This document shows positions 51,206 through 57,918 of a stretch of 64,000 bases of DNA, piece by piece. This DNA is from a bacterium (GTDB lineage: Bacteria; Zhuqueibacterota; Zhuqueibacteria; Residuimicrobiales; Krinioviventaceae), in assembly GCA_963693055.1 (NCBI GenBank), contig OY843751.1, positions 4,608,001-4,672,000 on the forward strand, in the 5' to 3' direction. Position 1 is the stretch's first letter, and every line of letters starts with the position of its first letter. A model generated the notes under the pieces. It did not search any database and was not told where the DNA came from. It saw nothing but the letters and a program-made list of their open reading frames with translations. A program made the position numbers and the translations under genes.

Positions 51206-52207
51206 ATGAAACGTCGAAACTTTATCAAATCAATATCATTGGGTTCAGCCGTGGCTGCTTCCCCTTTTGCCATTAGCGGATGCAGTAAAAAATCTGCCCC
51301 GGCCATCCAAATGACGCACAGCTCTAATGATTATAATGCTACTATCCGTTTTGCCGCATTGGAAAAACCATTGACGGTTATGCATATTGCGGACTCGCAC
51401 ATAACCAAACTCGATGATTCGGAAAAAGAGTTCCATGCTTATGGCAAGCGAATGGACAATGCTTTTCACAAAGTTGAGCATTACCAAACGGGCAAGACCG
51501 CCAGTTCGACCGATCATTTTCTGGAGCTGTTATCTACAATCGACAAGGACATCATCGACCTTTTGGTTCTCACCGGAGATATAGTCAACAATCCTTCCAA
51601 ATCCAGTGTCAACTATGTATGCAGCTTGCTTAAGGATACCGGAGTGCCGTATCTCTATATTGCGGGTAATCACGACTGGCATTATGAGGGCATGCAAGGT
51701 TCCGCGAACAAACTGCGCAAAACCTGGACGCAGAACAGTCTGCTGCCTTTTTTTGATGGATTGGATCCCATGAATTACGCCAAACAGATCAATGGCATCA
51801 ATTTTATTGGTATCGACAATTCTACCTATCAGGTCAATGCGGAACAATTGGCTTTTTTCAAGAACGAACTTGACCGGGGTCTGCCAGCAGTGCTGATGGT
51901 GCACATCCCCATTTACACCCAAGACCACAGGGGTGCCTCGTGCGGTAATCCCCACTGGGGATGGGAAACGGACAGAGGCTACGAGATTGAACGGCGTGAG
52001 CGCTGGCCCAAAAGCGGCAACCTGCAGTCTACACTGGACTTTGTACAGTTGGTCGAAAACAGTCCATGCCCCTTGACAGTACTGGGCGGACATAACCACA
52101 GACCCATCACCGAGGTTATATCGCCATCAACCGTCCAATATACCACAAACGCCGCCAAAGGCGGCGCCGCAAGAGTATTAAAATTTTTACCCATGAATCA
52201 AATTTAA
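51206..52207 (+). CDS. Calcineurin-like metallophosphoesterase, Tat lipoprotein
   Basis: MKRRNFIK, ISGC lipobox; DSH, GD, GNHD, GHNH. Confidence 0.88.
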   Translation: MKRRNFIKSISLGSAVAASPFAISGCSKKSAPAIQMTHSSNDYNATIRFAALEKPLTVMHIADSHITKLDDSEKEFHAYGKRMDNAFHKVEHYQTGKTASSTDHFLELLSTIDKDIIDLLVLTGDIVNNPSKSSVNYVCSLLKDTGVPYLYIAGNHDWHYEGMQGSANKLRKTWTQNSLLPFFDGLDPMNYAKQINGINFIGIDNSTYQVNAEQLAFFKNELDRGLPAVLMVHIPIYTQDHRGASCGNPHWGWETDRGYEIERRERWPKSGNLQSTLDFVQLVENSPCPLTVLGGHNHRPITEVISPSTVQYTTNAAKGGAARVLKFLPMNQI

Positions 52208-52215
52208 CAACGACT

Positions 52216-52243
52216 CCCCCCGATATAAAAGTATCGGGGGTTT
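52216..52243. terminator. Hairpin between convergent genes
   Basis: CCCCCGATA...TATCGGGGG. Confidence 0.65.
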
Positions 52244-52254
52244 AAGATATCCCC

Positions 52255-53526
52255 TTATTTTGTCAGCACCATCTTGATCGTTTGCTCTTCGGTGCCGCTT
52301 TTCAACGTACAGAAATAAACACCAGACGGCAGTTCTTTTGCAGAAAACTGAATCTGATATTGCCCGGGTTCCTGGTAACCATGGATCAATGGCTCAACCT
52401 CTTTTCCCAGGGCGTTGTAAACTTTCACATCCACCAATCTGCGTTTTTCCAGAGTATAGGTTATAGATGTTGTGGGATTAAAAGGATTGGGATAATTCTG
52501 CATTAACCGCATTTCCGTTGGCACCGTCACCCCACTCTCAATTACTGTTTCGTTTTGCATTCGCTCGATTTGAAGCTGCTGTAAATCCGCCCAGCCAATG
52601 AGATGTATGCCTTCACTCTCGATCAGGTTCCGCATTTCTGCCGAGTCAAACACACGGTAATCATAATCCCGATTGCGCCACCGGCTGGTAATGGCCTTGA
52701 TCTCGTCTGATTCCACCGCTGCATGTATATACAACTCGGTCACACCCGGTTCTAAATTTTTAATCATATTACTGTATGCGTTCAGGGCATCCTCATAAGA
52801 ATCGCCATAGTCAGAGATCACTTTGAGATAATCGGGCAATACAAATCCTTCATTCACCATCGAATCCGCCAGGGCTATTAGTTCAGCTTGTCGTGCTTCT
52901 GGAATCGCTTCTGTCCAGGGTGGGGATAATTTCCTCGGCAAACGAAACGGCAGATTGTATTCCCGACTGATGTTAAAAATTGCGTCAAAGAAATCCTTAC
53001 CAAATGCCAGTCCGTAAACACTGCCCATATGATTGTCAATATGAGTGGGGGTAATACCAAAAGTAATGGCCTTTTCCACCTGTGCGGTAAGTTCGGTTTT
53101 TACTTCATCCGCATCACCATGCAGCTCCACATACAGCTCGCTTTCCGGGAAAAAACCTTCCCAGGTCAATAGAGATGGAATAGCGCTCGATGACGCAACG
53201 CCGCCCCATTTGTAATCTCCCCATTCTGCGGTTAGTGTCAAATGCACGCCTACATCCAGTGTAGGATTCTCGACACAAAATTTGGCGGCTTCCCTGAACC
53301 ACCCACACGGCACCATGATTGTTGACGAGGATATCCCACCGCTTTGTAGCAGATCCATAGTTGCCTCGTTCTCGGCATGACACATACCAAAGTCATCCGC
53401 GTTAATGATCAACACCCGGGCATCACTGTCATACCCCAGCATCTCGGCAGTGGACAATCCAAAGCTCATTTGGGGAATTAAAGCACATATAATTACAAAA
53501 ACAATCAAATTGATATCTTTTCGCAT
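52255..53526 (-). CDS. ChbG/YdjC-family deacetylase with signal peptide and T9SS-type CTD
   Basis: IINADDFG, GVHLTL, THIDNHMG, ELYIH; QNYPNPFNPTT...LPSGVYF...KMVLTK. Confidence 0.88.
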   Translation of the reverse strand: MRKDINLIVFVIICALIPQMSFGLSTAEMLGYDSDARVLIINADDFGMCHAENEATMDLLQSGGISSSTIMVPCGWFREAAKFCVENPTLDVGVHLTLTAEWGDYKWGGVASSSAIPSLLTWEGFFPESELYVELHGDADEVKTELTAQVEKAITFGITPTHIDNHMGSVYGLAFGKDFFDAIFNISREYNLPFRLPRKLSPPWTEAIPEARQAELIALADSMVNEGFVLPDYLKVISDYGDSYEDALNAYSNMIKNLEPGVTELYIHAAVESDEIKAITSRWRNRDYDYRVFDSAEMRNLIESEGIHLIGWADLQQLQIERMQNETVIESGVTVPTEMRLMQNYPNPFNPTTSITYTLEKRRLVDVKVYNALGKEVEPLIHGYQEPGQYQIQFSAKELPSGVYFCTLKSGTEEQTIKMVLTK

Positions 53527-53713
53527 CCTACATCCGATCCTGTTTTTTTTAAGCTCTTGATGAATTAATTCAATTAAAATAAGCGAAAACCCTCAAAAGC
53601 ACAATCTCTTTTTCTGTCAACTCGGGATTATTCTTTTACTTGCTGAAAAGACTTTTTTCCCTCTCGGTTGCCCGAAACAAAATTAAAATTATGATTATTA
53701 ATTAGGAGGTTCT

Positions 53714-53809
53714 CTTTGCGCCCCTCGCGAATCCTTTGCGTTCCCTGCGTTGTGTTTTAAGATTAAAACACATAACGCAGAGGGTGCAGCGTGAGCAAAG
53801 GTCGCAAAG
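53714..53809. repeat. Palindromic element with 9-nt-period GCAGAG/GCAAAG arms
   Basis: Central TGTGTTTTAA-GA-TTAAAACACA flanked by CTGCGTT/AACGCAG and CTTTGCG/CGCAAAG. Confidence 0.75.
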
Positions 53810-53970
53810 TATTGAAATGAATTTAAACATTGCTTAAATTTTTTAATTATTGCTATCTTGATAGATTAAAATTCAATTATTAACATTGAATATATAAGTG
53901 ACTTTTACAATGGAACATATCTTTACGCCAATCATAAAATAAAATACTGAAAATCAGGGAGGAATGTCCG

Positions 53971-54336
53971 TTGCTGCTCAGAAAAATCCTGGCCATCTTT
54001 TTATTTATCTGCATGCTTTTAAATATTTCCTGCTATACCTATAAAAAAACCGCATATAATGAACATTACAAGCCCTATTACTGGCCGGCAACTTTTCATA
54101 AGGGACAAAAAGTTTTAATTACAACTCATGATGATCAAAAACATTTCTTTAGGATCAAATCTATAACAAAAGAATATATAGAAGGAAAAGATACCCGCGT
54201 TTATTATAAAGATATTAAAGATGTCAATACACGAAAATTCGATCTCAAGACTACGCTTTTACTGTCCCCCGTTTTTGCAATTGCTTTTACATTTGTTTAT
54301 TTCCAACTAAACCCCATAGACTTTGGGGAACTCTAA
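53971..54336 (+). CDS. Hypothetical lipoprotein with C-terminal hydrophobic segment
   Basis: GGGAGG SD, TTG start, ISC lipobox. Confidence 0.65.
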   Translation: MLLRKILAIFLFICMLLNISCYTYKKTAYNEHYKPYYWPATFHKGQKVLITTHDDQKHFFRIKSITKEYIEGKDTRVYYKDIKDVNTRKFDLKTTLLLSPVFAIAFTFVYFQLNPIDFGEL

Positions 54337-54414
54337 TGGATAATTCCAATTTGCAGAATAGCAAAATCCGGTCTACTTGAATACTATCCTGATCAGCAAA
54401 CCGGATTCCTAAAA

Positions 54415-56052
54415 TTATTCGTAAATTTTTAAAATGGGTATCAATGCAGGGTCAACATTGAACAACTGACGCGAATCACCTTTTTCCGCCACAAAGACGC
54501 GGATCTTGTGTCCCTTGTTGGTGGTAAATGTACGGATGCCGTCCTTGAACTCATATTTGATCTTGGGCGCTTTGACTTTTTCACCTTTTTCCGCCAGTAC
54601 TACATACATACCAAACCACATGGGTCCATCAGGGAATACATATTCATCATACTCGCGGGGACGTGGATGATAGCGTCCGCTCGAACAGGTATTGTCACGG
54701 TGTTTAAGCTCCAGCTCACAGGGTTCAATCTTTTCATTGCGGACTGTGAACGGAAACAGATGCAGGTCATAACCATATGCTTCCAGCACAATGTGTCCCG
54801 CTGCATTCTCTTTTTCCTGCCAGTCCCCGGAGATACCCATCCCAAAATCATCAATGGTTTCCAGATAGGTGGACATGTCCCCACGCCATTGCGTGAACTG
54901 CCAGTAGGTCGGTAAACGATTATACACACAAAAAGTTGAAGTTTCGATCTGGTCGGTAAATCCGTTTACCGGGGTAAAAGAGCCCTGCAAAAACGCCTCG
55001 GCACGCTCTTTTTCATTTTCACCAACCGCAACCATGCAATGGATCTGCTGTTCATAACAGTTGCCGCCGGTCATGCTGCCCATGCCCGCGTTCGGTAATT
55101 GATAGGTTTGATAGATAAAGGGATTGATAGCCGCTTTTCCTACTGCTTTAAAGGGATATTTACGGTGCTCATTGATCTTTACTGCTTTTGCCGGCGGTGT
55201 ATACCCGTCAATCGGATCTGTGACTACACCGGAACGGACATCATCATTGATGGTAAAGTTGCGGTAATCCCGGCTGATACCGGTTATAGGAATTTTTAAC
55301 ACCGGATGATTGAGCGCAGATTGCAGCAGATAGAGATGGTCCATTACTTCATGCACTTCGCGTTTAATTCGCTCATCGTGGATGCATTCGGCAATATTGG
55401 GCAAATGACGAAAGATCAAATGATTGTAATTGGGTGACGCAAACTCGTCCACGCCAAAAAACTGGATGTGATTATACCAGCGTGTCCATTGACTTTTTGC
55501 CATTTTTTGCAAACGGTAATCATCAAAGCGTTCGCCCGCCAGCGCAAAAGTCTCTACATAGAGAGCAAAAATATTGCTATAGGCAGTAAAATCCCTTCCA
55601 ATATCAAACACCTCGGTTTCCCATCGCCGTACCGCTGCTTCTGTCAGCCGGTTACATGCAATCATGAACTGCTTGCGCGTTTCAGAAGACATTTTACTTT
55701 GCTGTACCCACAGCAGATTAAAAAACCTGTCTGCGCTAAACAACGCATTGTTAAAATCCACTACTTTTTCACCGTTTTCCCATCTCCAACCCCATTGTCC
55801 AAAAGTAATGGATTCCGGATCGGGATCCTGTTTGGCGATATATTTTTCAAGAACAGCATCGGCTGTAACATGGTCAGTCACATCTTCCGAACGGTACAAA
55901 TACCATGCAAGCTCCCACGATACAGCATTGGGATCGGCTTTATAGTTTTGAATTTGGCTTTCAAAACGTGATTGCTCAGCCGGGGATAATGATTGTGCGG
56001 AAACATAAACAGAGGACAACAGTAAACAAGTCAACAACAGCAATTTCTTCAT
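54415..56052 (-). CDS. Secreted hypothetical protein (helical N-terminal half, beta-rich C-terminal half)
   Basis: Signal peptide, GGGAG SD, 545-aa ORF. Confidence 0.75.
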   Translation of the reverse strand: MKKLLLLTCLLLSSVYVSAQSLSPAEQSRFESQIQNYKADPNAVSWELAWYLYRSEDVTDHVTADAVLEKYIAKQDPDPESITFGQWGWRWENGEKVVDFNNALFSADRFFNLLWVQQSKMSSETRKQFMIACNRLTEAAVRRWETEVFDIGRDFTAYSNIFALYVETFALAGERFDDYRLQKMAKSQWTRWYNHIQFFGVDEFASPNYNHLIFRHLPNIAECIHDERIKREVHEVMDHLYLLQSALNHPVLKIPITGISRDYRNFTINDDVRSGVVTDPIDGYTPPAKAVKINEHRKYPFKAVGKAAINPFIYQTYQLPNAGMGSMTGGNCYEQQIHCMVAVGENEKERAEAFLQGSFTPVNGFTDQIETSTFCVYNRLPTYWQFTQWRGDMSTYLETIDDFGMGISGDWQEKENAAGHIVLEAYGYDLHLFPFTVRNEKIEPCELELKHRDNTCSSGRYHPRPREYDEYVFPDGPMWFGMYVVLAEKGEKVKAPKIKYEFKDGIRTFTTNKGHKIRVFVAEKGDSRQLFNVDPALIPILKIYE

Positions 56053-56318
56053 ACCTAATCTCCCGATTTAACGTAAACAAGGACCATTCTGCGTATAATG
56101 TAATTACCAGATTACATTTCGAATTTTACTGCGTATAATATATAAATGTCTGTCCCCCAAATATCATATTGTATCGTAATGATAAAGCGAATAAATAGCA
56201 AGAAAATTATATTTAAAAGTTTCACCGGGATTTCTTTTTCATTCGGAAAATCATGGTACCTGATTCCTACCAACATGGCTGATTGTCGTAACTGTTCTAC
56301 CTATCAATAGGTTAGAAT

Positions 56319-56427
56319 CCACCAACCGCTCCGCTTGTGGATACACCCGTGGGCAGACACGCGCAGATAAAAAGAGCAAAAGATTTTTCTTTTTATCTTC
56401 GTTCATCTGTGTTTATCTGTGGTTAAT
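56319..56427. repeat. Inverted 10-nt-period CACAGAT/ATCTGTG element
   Basis: AGATAAAAAGA/TCTTTTTATCT; right arm ATCTTCGTTC-ATCTGTGTTT-ATCTGTGGTT. Confidence 0.7.
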
Positions 56428-56443
56428 TTTCTTTACCAATGTG

Positions 56444-57442
56444 TCAACTAGATTTTTCCCAGTTATTACTTTCCGCACTGGCAAAAATCGCGTCAATGAC
56501 TTTCATATTATTGATGGCATCGTCAAAGGATACAGGTACCGGTGTATCATTCAGGATTGAATCCGAAAACTGTTCTGCCTGTATCTGGTACTGGTCCGCA
56601 GCATCAATTTTCAACTCCCGGGTTTCATCTTGCGTTACCAGCAAAACTTTTGCTGCTTGATCGGGAGGTACGTTCACCGGGATTTCAATCTCGATCCTGC
56701 CCGTTGTACCCACAATTTGCGCGCGCTGAAACGGCATCATTTGTGTTGAGCAGGTAAACACGGATGTAATACCTTTGGAAAAATCGAGTATCCCGGAGGT
56801 AATTCGATCCGTTTTCATTTCCGGATCCCTGTCGATGATCCCCATCACCCGCTCGGGTTCCTGACCAAAAATAAACCGCGGAAACGAAATGCAGTAACAA
56901 CCGATATCCATCAGGGCGCCGCCACCGATATCTGCCATATTGCGAATATTTTCCGGATCGTTATTAAAATATGAAAAATGGGACTGCACGGTCTTGACCT
57001 CGCCAATGGCCCCCGAGTCGGTCAGGGATTTTACCTTTTGCCATTGCGGATGAAAACGGTACATGAACGCTTCCATCACCTTGAGCTCGGGATGATTATT
57101 GATCTCCGCAGCAAGCAGTTCAGCATCCTGTACATTCAATCCTATGGGTTTCTCGCATAATACATGTTTGCCCGCCTGCATGGCCCTGATCGTCCAGGAT
57201 ACATGCAGATGATTGGGCAATGGGTTATAAATAGCATCGATATCCAGGTCCTCTAACAAGGCTTCATATGAGCCATATGCTTTTTCAATACCCAGCGTTT
57301 TTGCCGCAGCTTGCGCGGTTTCCGAATTACGAGAAGCAATCGCCGTCACCTCGCAATTGGATGCCTTTTGAATGGCAGGTATCACCTTTTGTGTACCGAT
57401 ATTCGCCGTGCTTAGAATTCCCCATCGTATTTTTTTTGACAT
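56444..57442 (-). CDS. Gfo/Idh/MocA oxidoreductase
   Basis: WGILSTANIG, YNPLPNHLH, HVLCEKP, EAFMYRFHPQ, GGGALMDIGCY. Confidence 0.93.
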   Translation of the reverse strand: MSKKIRWGILSTANIGTQKVIPAIQKASNCEVTAIASRNSETAQAAAKTLGIEKAYGSYEALLEDLDIDAIYNPLPNHLHVSWTIRAMQAGKHVLCEKPIGLNVQDAELLAAEINNHPELKVMEAFMYRFHPQWQKVKSLTDSGAIGEVKTVQSHFSYFNNDPENIRNMADIGGGALMDIGCYCISFPRFIFGQEPERVMGIIDRDPEMKTDRITSGILDFSKGITSVFTCSTQMMPFQRAQIVGTTGRIEIEIPVNVPPDQAAKVLLVTQDETRELKIDAADQYQIQAEQFSDSILNDTPVPVSFDDAINNMKVIDAIFASAESNNWEKSS

Positions 57443-57537
57443 TTGTCCTTCTCTCATTATGTGTGTTTTATTTAAAAATGAAACAGCAATATTGTAAGAA
57501 AAATTCATCTAACATTGAAATAACATTCTGCTCTTAT

Positions 57538-57912
57538 ATTAACCACAGATGCACGCAGATAAAATGTTATCTATTTTTACTTTGTTCATCCATACATTTC
57601 CCATCTGAGGGATGAAATCTATAAAAATTATTTCTTCGTGATCTTTGTGCGCTTTGTGGTAAAAATAAAAAACTATTGAACCACGAAGAAAAGAAGAACA
57701 CGAAGACAATCTACTTATAATCAGCTTTTATAAACTATCTTGTTAACTTTTCGCAGCTATTTTTTTAATGAGCCACAGATCATCACGGATAAACACGGAT
57801 CGAATGTGTTCATTTTTTTATTAAAATTTATTTACAAGTATTAATCATCTTTTTTAAATAATATCTATTTCTAAATTTATTTCTTTGCGCTCTTTGTGTG
57901 CTTCGTGGTTAA
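57538..57912. repeat. Cluster of five short-period arms (CCACAGAT and CCACGAAG types)
   Basis: Arms at 57538-57560, 57634-57660, 57679-57705, 57771-57800 and 57883-57912. Confidence 0.75.
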
Positions 57913-57918
57913 AATAAA

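Noticed and set aside
56415-57912. Integron attC array
   Set aside because: The AAC/GTT ends are reminiscent of attC, but there is no integrase, arms occur in mixed orientations, and internal short-period repeats are not attC-like
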